From NCBI GenBank assembly GCA_004431415.1, contig QPMI01000234.1:1-46168 (forward strand): DNA of 46,168 bases, in the 5' to 3' direction. The DNA comes from Cyanophora paradoxa CCMP329 (lineage: Eukaryota > Plantae > Glaucophyta). The stretch's first letter is position 1. Each line of letters opens with the position of its first letter. A program made the position numbers and the translations under genes. This document shows positions 24,201 through 36,011 of this stretch, piece by piece. Below the pieces are notes generated by a model that made no database searches, had not been told where the DNA came from, and worked only from the letters and a program-made list of their open reading frames with translations.

Positions 24201-27200
24201 CTAGGGATAATTTTTAAGAAATTCCGTGCGGCGTACGCGGCGCAGTGCGAGAAAGTGGAAATCTAGAGGAGATCGAGCAAGACAGCTAGGGAGAAGTGGT
24301 TCCATGCAGAACCGCGCAACGAAGAGCAAGGCGTAAGCAACGCACTGCGAGGAAGCCGAAATCTACAGGAGACAGCTAGCTATAGGGAGAACTGGTTCCA
24401 TGCAGAAGGGATAATTTTTAAGAAATTCCGTGCGGCGTACGCGGCGCAGTGCGAGAAAGTGGAAATCTAGAGGAGATCGAGCAAGACAGCTAGGGAGAAG
24501 TGGTTCCATGCAGAACCGCGCAACGAAGAGCAAGGCGTAAGCAACGCACTGCGAGGAAGCCGAAATCTACAGGAGACAGCTAGCTATAGGGAGAACTGGT
24601 TCCATGCAGAACCGCGGAAGGAATTCGAAGACCGGAATGAGAGAGAAGTTGCTTTCCAGGCTTCAGGTCAAGGAAAACTGGTCTTCGCTAGAACCGCGGA
24701 AGGAATTCGAAGATCGGAATGTGAGAGAAGTTGGTTTCCAGGCTTCAAGTCAAGGAAAACTGGTCTTCGCCCTCGAAAACCTTTTTTTGCATGGACGGCC
24801 GCAGCGACAAACACGTGTCGCTGCAAGCGAATTTCCACCCATTTGTTTCCCGCGTTGCAAACTGGACCTCGAAAACGGCCTCATAGAAGAATTTTGGCTG
24901 AAGCGAGGGAACGGGAAGCAAGGGGGGGAAGACCTTCGGTCTTCTTTTCCCCCCTTGCAACAAGTACTGTATATTTGATGCGCCCGAGCACTAGCCGAGC
25001 ACGTACCTTTAATGCGTCGTACACGCGAAGTTGGATTCGCATCTTGAAGACGCTGTCGAGCTTCACTTGCCTGCGAATGCATACGTGCTTCATGAACAAA
25101 AACTAAAAGCATCCAGCATTAGTACTGAGCATGCCGCACAGTTTTTGCGTTCCGAATGTGGCTTTATCGTGAAGATCTTCCACCGCCCTCTTACACAGGT
25201 CGGCGCTCCCGAAGCGCGCGACGGCCCTCCCCACTCTCGTCTTTTCGTTGAACGGAAGCATGACGACTTCCACCTGCGCATGCGCAACGTAAACGCACAC
25301 TTGAATTCGAATTGCGATATATAGCGCTGCACATCGCTGCACATTGCAATTGCGGCTGCCGGATATGCATGATATTAGTTGCAGCGCACCTCCCCGTAGG
25401 GGCTGAGGAGGGACCGCAGAGCTGCAGCAGCGGTCGCTTCGCTCTCGAATCGAACAACGTCTTGGCTTCCACCACGTGCAACGCGTTCCTGCAGCGTGCG
25501 GGGAAGGCGTAGTGCATTCATTTTAGCTAAAGCGTTTCGAAGGGCCTCCTATTAGCTATAGCTATAAGGTTTCGAAAGGCGTCGTGCGTTCGCATTGCCT
25601 CCAAAACGCGCGCGACGGCGCGCCTGGTACGTGGTCACGGTCTCGACGGCCCCGTACGACTGCATGCGGCGCTTGAGCGCCCGCTGCTCGAAGGCCGCCC
25701 TCCAGCCCGGCGCGGACGACTGCCGCGCCGTGTTCGGGATCTGATGCGCGAATTAATTCAGAATTCCGGAGATATCGATTTCCAGGCCGCGGATATCATC
25801 CAATTAAACATCAATTGGAATGGATGTCGATCGTGGGGCTGCTCGCCTTGAGCTGGATGGTGCGATCGGGACGATTGGCGTTGGGCGCGTCTTGGACGAA
25901 GGCGTACACGTCCGCAGACGAGCCGAACAGCCTGCACCCGCCAGCGAAACCAGCGCGAATTCGTGAAAGCAAAGACGAATCAAATCGATGACAGCGCGGA
26001 TTCATTTTTAGAAGAGCCAACGAAGCACGTACGTATACGAAGCGGAATTCGAAACTCGGATCATGTTTTTCAAGTTTCCGCGGCGTGAACGCGCCTCTTG
26101 GAGCACGCGCTGCTTGCCTTCCGGTGATTCAAATTCCACTGCTCATGATCGCCGTCATGCAAATAAAGACCGCGAATAATAAAGACCGGTGAAATTAAAG
26201 ATGACTCATACATGCGGATCCGGAGCGCACCGAACGCGAGTCCGGAAGGTTGGCCGGTGCACCACGAGAGATTGGCGGCGTGGTCTCCCGTGAAGGCCCC
26301 CGCCGCCGGCTTGGGCGCGTAGCCGCGTACATCGAGGGGCCCCGAGCCGAGTTGCCTGCTCCCGTTGAGCGCTCGCACCGCTCTGCATGCAAAAAAAAAT
26401 CAGGAACAGCACTTCAAATGCGCGAAAATGATTCCTCCTGAATCTGAAGAATCGCAAACCGCTCTGCCTGGTCCCGGGACGAGAAAGAGACTCGGGCGGA
26501 CGTGGAGCCCGCCAGGGAGATCGTGTGCACGGAGACCGCGGCGTCGCGATCGCGCTCGCCTCCGCCTCCACCGGCGGCGCGGGAAGCGAGCGCGCGGATC
26601 TCCTCCGCCGGCGCCCCGGGCGGGAGCCCCGCGATGGCGATGGCGACGAACTCGCCGGCGGGGAGCACGTCGGCGACGGCGCCGCCCGGCCCGACCAGCG
26701 CGCGCGTCCCGCCGACGACGGGCGCCTCCGTCGTCTCCCGCCGGCACTCCTCCCGCGCCGCCTCCACCGCCGCCACGGCGGCCCGCCGCGCGACGTCCAT
26801 CGCCGCGAGCGGAGCCCGGACGCGCAGGGGCGCCCCCGCTGCATCCGGCAGCGGCTCGACGGACGATGCGCCGGACTCCAGACAGAGCCGTGCGAGAGAC
26901 TCTCCGTAACGCTCCCTGATGCGCGAATTAAAAAATCCTATTTGCATGTCGGCGTCGGCGAGGAAAACAAATACTCCGATTAATTATGATGAGCGCATGC
27001 CATAAAATCTCGAAGCGCATGCGCACCGCAAAGCGGAAATAAGGCCGGGACCGACGTTCGGGATGTCGCACGAGAGCATGTGCATGCCCGTTCGGGCCGA
27101 CGTCGACGTCGCACTGGCTGCCTGCTGACCGAACGCATGTTGGGAGCCAGCGCTAGCTGCAGGCTTAGGTACCCTGTGCCCTGCTGCAGCGGCAGCTGCT

Positions 27201-27862
27201 GCAGCTGCAGCTGCAGCTGCAGCGCTGCCCGGATCGGCCGCGGCGTCGAGAAACTGTTTCATTGAGCTTGAATGCGCTCCGATGCCAGCTGTACATGTCC
27301 ACGCTGGCTGCAGATCTAGAGCAGGCAATGGCGAGGCGCCTTTCGCGACGTCGACGTTGCGGCCGAGACTCGCAAGGGCGCCGCGGCCGGCATGACTATC
27401 AATCTTGCGCCCGTTTGGATGAGAGAAGTAGCAGTCCGGCCGTCGGCAATCAGCACCAAAGCGGCACTGCGCAGGCGCATACGTATATACACACGCGTGC
27501 ACGTGTACGTGCTCACGTTGCAATTGCACGCGCGCATGCACACCTCGTTATGCATATGTGAGCGTGCGCCGCTTGAGCTCGGGGTCGAGCTTGAAGATCC
27601 CTGCAGCTGACCGCGGCCCCCTGACCGCGTCGCCGGCGCCGGAGCGCGCGCATCGATTTCAGCTGGCACCGCGGCCGCGGGATGCGCGTATCGACAGGAA
27701 GCGCCGTAACGGCACGCTGAACCCCATCGGCAAGGCTGCGGCTGCTGCATGGGAGCGCGCTCTTAGCCTGCTTGGGCAGCTTTGTGGCGCGCTGCTCGAG
27801 CTGTCAGATGCTTTCGGTCCAGAATTCGGTCGAAGCCGTCCCGCCGCGTACCCATGGGCCAT
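21290..27862 (-). CDS. RBR (RING1-IBR-RING2) E3 ubiquitin ligase with two N-terminal CCCH zinc fingers and an RRM/KH-like middle; resembles the C-terminal half of plant DEAH11/12, without helicase
   Basis: CCCH: CRWGSACRYGASCRYAH and CRFGADCRRPDCYFSH. RING1 CPVCLC...CGHAYCREC...CFAGGC; IBR CLSPDC...CDVCTK|SYCVQCKMPWHGGRTC; RING2 KPCPRCKAPIQKSMG|CNHMTCARCKAHFCWLC; ends YEHLRAAHGGI...VD*. Start is either 27862 or 27750. Confidence 0.88.
24203..24610 (+). repeat. 2 x 204-bp tandem repeat (with internal subrepeats and a partial copy at ~24139-24206)
   Basis: AGGGATAATTTTTAAGAAATTCC starts at 24203 and 24407. Confidence 0.95.
24608..24770 (+). repeat. 2 x 82-bp tandem repeat
   Basis: AGAACCGCGGAAGGAATTCGAAGA at 24608 and 24690. 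Confidence 0.92.
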
Positions 27863-28221
27863 GGCCAGCTAAAGGGAGCGAACGCGTACGCTGCTGCCCC
27901 CGCGTCATGCACCTAGGGGCACGAAACAGCCAATGACGGCAGGTGACGCCGTGACGTTCGCGTCATGACGTGCGCAGCGGTGCGCTCCGGATCCGGATCC
28001 GGTCGTTGTGTTATCCAGAATCCAGATAAAGGCTCATAATTAAAGCTCAAGGGGACCAGATTCGAATTCCATCGTGAGGCTGTGACTCAGTGACCGTCGC
28101 TGACCGCGGCTGACGTCGACCGAGCCCACGAGGCCCCATGTGCAGGCTACAGTGCAGCAGCCAGATCATCAAGTTGACATCAACTACTAGTAGCTTGGAG
28201 CCTACGCATATGCGTTGATTA

Positions 28222-28838
28222 CTGGAGAACCAGAAATATTTAGTGGGCTGCATATTTATAGTACTAAAAATTTTTGAGCGAAGTAACAAAGTTTTATCGC
28301 TCACTAAAGAGGCGGGGAGGGGGGGGGTACCGTTCGAAAAGGCCTGGAGCGCGGGATCCGGAAAGCATGCCGCCCAAGCGTGTAGCTAAGCGCCAGGCGT
28401 CGCCGCCGAGCTCCAGCGATGAAAGGCCGGCCAGCCGAGCAGCCACGCCTTGGCCCGAGGCCGACACGACGACGGTCTATCAGAAGGCGCGGCCGCTGGC
28501 GGGCGCCTGGTCGACGTCGTTCTTTGGCAGAGTAGGCGAGAAGGCGAGCGAGTCGAGCGCACGTCTGCCGGAGAAGCAGATGCCGCCCAGCCGCAGCGCC
28601 GCCGGCGCTGAACTTGTACAGCCGCCCAGCCGCAGATGCTTTCTCGACTTGTACAGTAACGTAACATTGACAGCAGCGATCTGCAGCGGCGGGGGCGCGG
28701 GGGGGGCGGGGGGGGCCTCCGCTGACGCCCCCCTAGGGAGCGGTTTGGCCGGACCTACCAAATATTTCCCGCCCACTAAAATGACCAAAATCGCGAAGTA
28801 CTAATTATTTTCCTGTACTAAATTAACCAGTTCTACAG
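28222..28838 (+). mobile_element. ~617-bp MITE / internally deleted TA-targeting (Tc1/mariner-like) element
   Basis: TA|CTGGAGAACCAGAAATATTTAGT ... ACTAAATTAACCAGTTCTACAG|TA imperfect TIRs; AT-rich ends; internal ORF MPPKRVAKRQ (28368-28804); the left end recurs at 40270-40334. Confidence 0.65.
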
Positions 28839-29323
28839 TATGCGGCCGCCGCTCCGGCGGCTCCGCGATCGCGACGTTCGCTAGCGCGCTGCAACCCGTG
28901 CTGCCGCGGCGCGTGCATGCGCACCGCCCCCGGCGGCCCGGCGCCGGGCCGGCGGCGGCCGGCGCTACCGGTAGCGCGCCCGGCGGCTGCAGCGCTTGCT
29001 GCGATCGCGATCATGCCGACCTTCAGCTTGCGCAGCGCCAGCCGGCCCCTAGGCCTCGGCGGCCGGCGGCCGCCGGGCCGCAGGCTGCAGCTGCACCGTG
29101 GCACCTGCGCAAGAGCCAGCGCGCGGATCCTTCCGCGTGGCTCAGCCTAGTAGCTATCATAGATTCATAGTATAGGTCAGCTGCTGCATCGTCTATCTTT
29201 CGCGCAGCTGCAGCCTGCACTGCCGCAGTGCGGGCCTGCGGCACATACAAACACGCCCAGCCGCTGAGCAGATCCTAGAGTCTCGTTTGCCCTGCAGCTG
29301 CAGGAGATCGAGCGACTGATACC

Positions 29324-31024
29324 ATGTCCACCCTTTTCATTACCTTCGTCGCCGCCGTCGAGCTCGAGGCAGTGCGCACGCATCACCGCGCGCGCACGTC
29401 TAGATCTCACGATAATGACGAGGCAGAGCGCATGCACGCAGGACCCGGAGGACGCGGGCCAAATGCAACGGAGCGAGCCTCGCTGTTTGGCCGTCAGCGG
29501 AAGCGTGAGGGAGCTCGGAAACTGGGACCGTCTGGCGCCGCGACCGATGCAGGCGGCGCGCGAAGACGACGGCGGCAGGCCCTACCGCGCCTGCGAGGTG
29601 TGCTGCTCGAGCTCTAGATCTAGATCTCTGCTCCGCGGCAGCTTTAAATTAAATTTGAAGAAAGCCCATACCAGTCTTCTGCAGCTGCGCTTATATTTAA
29701 TGCAATGTAGCATTCCTTCCGCCTTGCCAGTTATAATTAGCCTGATCGTGACCGACCGTCGGACGCTGCAGGGACTTGGCGGCCGGACGTGCTCTCTTTT
29801 CTACAGGAGGAAAGTGGCAGTCGCCCTGCCCGCGGGGGTGGCCGACGCCGTTTTCCACGGGGAAGGCAAGCCGGCGCCCGTTCCCTGCTGCACATGCGTT
29901 CTACAAAGCACTGCGCGGCAAGCCTCGAAGGGTTTCTCATCGTTCTGCAGGCGCCTGCACCGCGCTGCAGTACAAGTTCCTGAAGCGCAACGCCGAGCTC
30001 GAGAACCTTTACTCGTGCGCAGCTGCAGGGCCGCGCCGGTCGCAGTGCCACCTTTAATTCAATATATTCGACTCGGCGAATTCTTCGAATTCGCTTCTAG
30101 ACTCCCAGGCCTAGGCTTCATGATCATGATCAGCCGACCCCGCCCCTCTTCCCCAGGTTCGAGTTCGAGGCGGAGGAGGCGCGGCGCGTGCACGTCACCC
30201 TGCCGGCCGCCCCCGGGGAGACCGACGGCCGCTGCTTCGAGGTGGAGCTGCCCCCGCAGCCCTTCGGCGTGCCGCCGGCTCAGCCCCTCGAAGTCACCGC
30301 GCGGCCCTTCCGCGACCCGACCCGGGCCCGCGCCCCCTCGAGCTCGCGGGCATGCGCACCCCCGGCTGCCCCTGCTTCCGCCCCCGCCCCGGCCCACGCC
30401 GAGCTCACCGCCGCATCGCTTGCGGCGCTCGACGCGATCGCGAGCGAGGCGGCATCGACCGCCGCTGCGGCGGAAGGCTGGAGGCGGCCCCGCATCGCCG
30501 TCTCTAGCGCCGACGTCGAGCAGGCCGCAGCAGGCCCCGGGGTGCCGCAGGGGCGGGCCCCGATTTCGAGGGCAGGGCCGGGGCCGCTCCCCGTGGGCGC
30601 GCTGGGCCTGCGGGGGCGGCGGCGGCGGGGCTCGGGCTCGAGCGCCGGCTCGCGATCGGGGAGCGCGAAGCTGCCGTCCATCCGCGAGTCGGACGAGGAG
30701 TCGGTGGAGGGGGAGGGGGAGGGGGAGGGGGAGGGGGAGGGCGAGGGGGAGGGCAGCTGCAGAGTGCGCCCCTCCTCCTCCCGCTCGGTCAGCTTCGGCT
30801 TCAGCGCCCTCGACGACCCGGGGTCGCCCCGAGCCCACCCTGCGGCCCCGCGTCCGCCTCCGCAGGAGCGGTCGCCGGCACCGGCGCCCCCCGCGACGTC
30901 GACGTCGACGTCGGCAAGCGGCCGCTTCGAATTCAGATACATCCCTGCATCGGTTTTGCTCACCTCAGCCCGCGCGCTCCTCCCTCGTTCTGCGGTCGCA
31001 ATAGGAGTCGCCGCGTCCATATGA
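29324..31024 (+). CDS. CBM20 (starch-binding domain) protein with long low-complexity C-terminus
   Basis: MSTLFITFVAAVELE|DPED...LAVSGSVRELGNWDRLAPRPM...VAVALP...QYKFLKR...|FEFEAEEARRVHV; VxGSxxELGNWD and YKF are CBM20 hallmarks. No catalytic domain seen. Confidence 0.72.
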
Positions 31025-31513
31025 TTTTCGTCTGATCTAGAGCTGAATCTGGATCGCGATCTCGATCGCGATCTCGTTTGCATTTGTTTATGAGAGATTT
31101 AGACTACGTACACCGCGGGGCGAACCCCCCCCGTAGCAAAGGGTAGCGTATCAGTTATTGTGTATGCTATGCACACTAGTTATGCTCGTGCGCGGTATAC
31201 GTAGTGATGCGTGGGCATGCGCAGCTGCAGTATATACGTATCAGTCTAATTTCACATTGGAATTTCAAATTGTTTCCCGCTCGATCGCGAGCATTATCAG
31301 TTTTTCATCCAGTAGACAACCCCTAGGCCCTTGCAATTGCGATGGGCGATATGTGTATGTACGTAAGATTCGGATTCATAATGCGTTTCGCGGCGATGTG
31401 TGATTCAAGCTGAAGCTAACTATTCAATTCCAGCCCTTCCAGTGCCGGCCCTTGCAATAGAGGCCGGCTAGGGTAGAGGGTGCGGAAAATCCCGGACTGG
31501 CCATGGTGGATGG

Positions 31514-34500
31514 CTAGTGGGCAGGAGGCGCGGCCGAGGACCCGAAGTCAAAAGGCCTCGCCCGCGTCTGCGCGCAGCGGCGAAAAGCGGCGTGAGCGAG
31601 GGCGGTGGGGGGAGCGCCGCCGCCGACGGGGGCGCGCGCACGGGCGGGGGCATCGGAGGCGACGCTCGCTGGGGTGGCGCTCCCCGAGGAGGCCCCGCCG
31701 CCCTCGCGCTCCCCTTCCAGATCGCCCTCGCCCAGGAGGCGGCGGCGGCGGCGGAGGGTGCGGAAGAGGCCGAACTCGACCGCCTCGCAGAAGGCCGCCG
31801 GGCTCTCCACCGCCAGCAGCGCGTTCGGCGGCCCCGCCCCGGCCCGCGCCCGCAGCTCGTACCGCCGCCCCACCTGGGCCTCCTCTTTCTCCTCCTCCTC
31901 CTCCTGGGCCGCATCGCCGGCGGCGGCGGAGGCGGGGGACTCGGGGATGGAGGGAAGGGCGCGGGCGAAGGGGAAGGGGAAGGAGAAGCCGCGGGACGGG
32001 GCGCGCGAGGAGGCGCGCGAGGAGGCGCGGGAAGAGGCGGCGGAGGGGGTCCCGCAGGAGGAGCTGCAGGCCGAGGTCGAGGGCGCGTAGTCCGAGTCCA
32101 GCTCCTCTGCGCCCCGCCCCCGCCCCCGCCCCGTCAGCGCGGAGAGGCTACGGGCGGCCCGGCGGGGCGCGCGCCATCGTAGCCGCCGTCGTCGTCGAAG
32201 CCGCCGCCCGGCAGCTGGAGCTGGAGGACGAGGCGGCCGGCGGGGGCGTCCGCGGCCCCCTCCGACGCCGCCGCCCGCGCCAGCGAGTCCACCTGGGAGA
32301 GCTCGAGGCTCAGGGCGGGGCGGGCCAAGCGGGGCAGGGCGGGGCGGGGCCGGGGGCGCGCCTTGCGGGCGAGGTCGTCGAGGGAGGCGAGGACGGCGGC
32401 GAGGGGCGGCCGGTACCGCAGCGCCGCCCCCGCCAGCACAGCAGCCGCGCAGCCCGCGAAGCCCTGCGCACAGGGCGGGCTCTCAGGAAGAGAACAGGGG
32501 CAGTGGGCCGGGGCAGGCCCGCGCGCGCCTTGCGAATCGCCCACACGTCATCCTGTAGGGACGGGGCGGTGGCTACGTCAGGGTCGAGAGGGGCGCAGAA
32601 GGGAGGGCGGCACGGGGGGCCGCACGACGAGCTCGCCGACGGGGCGGCCGGCGGCGCGGGCGCGGCGCGCCCACGTCCGCTCCACCGCCAGGCACCCCGC
32701 CAGCACTGCCAGCGCATCAGAGGCGCCCGGAGGGCCGAGAAGGGGCGGGGCGGGGCGGGGCGGGGCGAGGGGTACGCCGCGCACGGGCGTAGAGGGCGAG
32801 GCGGACGCGGTGCGTGCGCTCGAGGGCAGTGAGGAGGAAGGCGGCGGCGCCGGCGGCGGGGTACAGGAGCGCCGCCTCGAGGCCCTGGACCCCCCCGAGG
32901 ATGGCCTCGAGGTGCCCGGCCGCCCACTCGTGCCCGCCCGCAGCTGCGCCGCCACCTGCACCGCCGCCACAGCGCACGTAAGGACGGGGCGGGGCGGGCG
33001 GGGTGGGCGGACGGCCTCGAGGCGGCGGTGGGAGTCGACGACGTCGGCGCGGACGGCGCGCGCTGCCTCGCGCGCCTCCGCCAGGCCCTCCCGCGCCTCC
33101 GCCAGCGCCCGCTCCTGCCCGCCCGCAGCGCCCCCAGCGACTCCTGCCGCCGCCCGCCGGGCCCGCACCGATCGGGGCGGGGCGGGGCGGGCGGGCCGGG
33201 CGGGGCGGGGCCGGACCTCGGCGCGGGCGCCCAGGTCGAGGAGGCGGGCGGTGCCGTCGGCGGCGCGCCCGACGTCGGCCCCGAGCGCCGCCGCCCGCTC
33301 CGCCAGCTCCCGCGCCGCCTCGCGCGCCTCGGCCCGCGCCGCCTCCTGCGCGCCGCGAGGGCGCGCTGCCCTCCAGCGCCTCGGCCTGCCGCTCGGCCGC
33401 CTCGGCGGCGCCCTCGGCGAGGCGGCGCTGCTCCCCGGCGAGGGCGTCCAGCGCGCGCCGCGCCGCCTCCTGCGCCGCCAGGGTCGCCTCCTGCAGCGCC
33501 GCCGACCGCTCTTGCGAGGCACGGATCGCCTCCGCGTGCCCCAGCGCCGCCGACACCGACGCCTGCGCTCGCCCGCTTGGCCATGGGGACGGCGTGGCGA
33601 GGGCGGGGCGGGGCGGACGTTCATGAGGTCGGCGCGGCGCTGGAGCTCGCCCGCCAGGCGGGCCTGCGCCTCAGCCAGCTCCTCCTGCGCCCGCCCCGTC
33701 AGCGGCGGGCAGGCGGGCGCGGCGCCGCCGGCCCCGCTCGCGGCGCGCGCGCGCCTGGCTGCCGGCGATGGCGTCGGCGGAGCGCGAGATTCGATCGAGG
33801 CGCTCGTCCGAGGCGCGCAGGCCCGCCCTGCGCGCGCGCCCCGTGGCCCCCGTTCAGCTGGCTCGCGGCGGCGGAGCGGGGCGGAGAGGCGGGGGCGGGG
33901 GCGGGGCGGGGCGCGCTTGAGATCGCCGACGCCGGCGGCGACGGCGGAGAGGTGCTCGCCGGCGCGCGCCACAGAGCGCTCCACCGCCGACACCGCACCG
34001 AAGAGCTCCCCCACCGACTCCCGCACCCGCTCGTCGAACTGCGGCGCGCGCGCGCGCCGAGCTCGTCGGGCGGGCCGCGCGCGACGGGCGCCCGGCCGGG
34101 CGCGCGGGCCGGCGATCGAATCTCACCTCGCTTGAGCGCACGAGGTAGCAGACCGCGTCCACGTGCAGTTTCTGCTCGGGAGTTGTTGAGCGGCGACTTC
34201 GAGCTCCAGGCCCGGCGCGGCGCGGCGGGGCGCACGAAGGAGCTGTAGACGGAGAAGGCGCTGAAGGAGGCGCCCTCGGGCTCCGCGAGCGGCTTCGTGC
34301 ACGCCTCGACGCTCATCTCCGGTGTGCACGGGAACGCGCGGAGGCCCGAGGCCGCGAAGTGGCACGAGGCGAGCAGCGCCGCCACCCGCGCCCGCTTCTC
34401 CGCCGTCTCCGTCTCCCGGCACGACGCCGCCAGGTCAAGCAGGGCCTCGTCGAAACACGGCGAGCGCCCCATGATCTCTTTGAGCTTGTCCCACGCATCT

Positions 34501-34723
34501 GCGGGGCGCGTCGGCTGCGAAGTGAGCGTACGCGGCTGGATCCAGGCGAACCTTTCCCTGCGGCGGCTAGTGCGCTGCGACCCTTCTCCTCCAGAGCCTG
34601 TGCCGCCGTGCCGAACTCCTCTCCGCGGCCGGCGGCGAGCGCGGTGCCAGCGAGACAAGCCGCGAGGATCGCGAAGACCGCGCTGGCAGCGAGACCGCGC
34701 CTCGCGCGCCGCTCGGCTAGCAT
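31514..34723 (-). CDS. GEX1: GEX1/KAR5/Brambleberry nuclear-envelope fusion (karyogamy) protein
   Basis: Signal peptide (MLAERRARRGLAASAVFAILAACLAGTALA); Cys-rich domain SPCFDEALLDLAASC...EKRARVAALLASCHFAASGLRAFPC...EACTKPL...FSVYSSF|..MDAVCY; long coiled coil; 2-3 TM segments (AALLYPAAGAAAFLLTAL...); C-terminal RRYELRAR. Confidence 0.88.
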
Positions 34724-36011
34724 CCTATGGCATCCACGCCTCGCGCGCCGCTCGCCCCCAGTTGCTGCTGCCGTTTGGCGGACAGCCCCTTGATGGCGCG
34801 GCAACCTGGAAACTCGACCGGCACGCCCGGAAACGGGGCCGAGACTCCCGGAAGAGCTCCCGGCAGCTCTGTAGAACTATGAGAACGACACGCCGTTGCT
34901 CCGGCGGAGCTCAGGAGCTGTGGCCCTCAGGGTTGGGGTACTGGCTTCTGTTTGCCTTGGCCAGGGTACAGAGTTTCCCCGACGTTCCTTGTGAAGAAAA
35001 AACCTCATGCGCAAATCAAAAAAGAGCATGCGTGCCAAACGTTAACTCAGCCAAAGCTGCTGGCGCTCGCGATCGCCGCCGGCGGCGGCGCGCGCCTGCA
35101 GCTGCCGGCGGCGGCGGCGGCGCCCGCCGCCTGCCGGACGAGCTCGTGTAACTGGTGTCGCGAGTCGAGCGAGCTCGAGCTCGCCTGCAGGCTGCAGCTG
35201 GCAGGTCCGGTGGACGTCTGGTCGAGCACCGCGGCTGAGCACTGCGGCACCGCGGCACCGTGGCATAGTTATCATCGTCGGCGCGCGCCGGCGATGAATT
35301 AAAGAACTCGAGGCCTAGGAGCTCGAGGTAATTTTAACAACCGTGTGCGCAACGTTAACGAAGACCTCGATCGTAACGTTTAAGTATGTGATGCATCAAA
35401 GTTAATACGACACAAAAAAATTTGCTCGGATGCATTATCAATTGCAATATTTAATTCAGAAGGTGATCGTATTTGCACCATGCATATGGTCCATGCGCGA
35501 TTGCGGGAAGGAAATCAGTAGTTCGGCCGATATCGATTGCAAGATCATAAAAACACAAACGTTAACTGCACCGGTACCAGATCTAGACATGGTCAGGCAA
35601 TACCAATACAATGTTTTCCTACTCAATATCAAAGCACTACTCAGTGACTACAAACATACATCATGGCATGTCGCCCTTGGGGCACACTATCAGGCGGCAG
35701 TATGTATGTAAAGCTCCATGTCCATACTTTAAGTTTTAGTATAACATTATAATTACTGTATTTAAACTCCGTGCTACGGTTGTCCACCTTAGCTTCGGCT
35801 ACACAATCAGGCCTAGGCAACATATAGACAGGGCGGAGTCCCACTACGGTCTCTAGAAAACCAACTATTTTGTAAGTTTAAATAAGGGAAAAGATAGATC
35901 GGATCCGGATTGTTAGATTGAATTTCGATCGGCTTCGATTGAAGGACTGCCCAGCTGCAGGCTGCAGCCCGATCGCGGCCGATCGAGACTGACGATGGAC
36001 GTCGACGTCGA

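Larger units (their letters stand above)
23595..24978 (-). mobile_element. Non-autonomous Helentron/Helitron-type element (HINE/DINE-1-like) inside the ~1.5 kb intron (23518-25006) of the RBR gene
   Basis: Perfect 13-bp subterminal inverted repeats TGCAAGGGGGGAA (23629-23641) / TTCCCCCCTTGCA (24947-24959); partial inverted repeat next to the 5' subTIR (24918-24958); central tandem repeats; on - strand a 3' hairpin CCCGGCGCG-CCAAAA-CGCGGCCGGG then CCA-CTAG|T; possible A|TC 5' end at 24978. Confidence 0.7.

Noticed and set aside
24139-24770. CRISPR-like array
   Set aside because: No unique spacers; whole units are duplicated; eukaryotic intron context.
31112-31134. Hairpin CGGGGG-CGAA-CCCCCCCG as a terminator or Helitron end
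   Set aside because: Isolated; no partner end or CTRR nearby.
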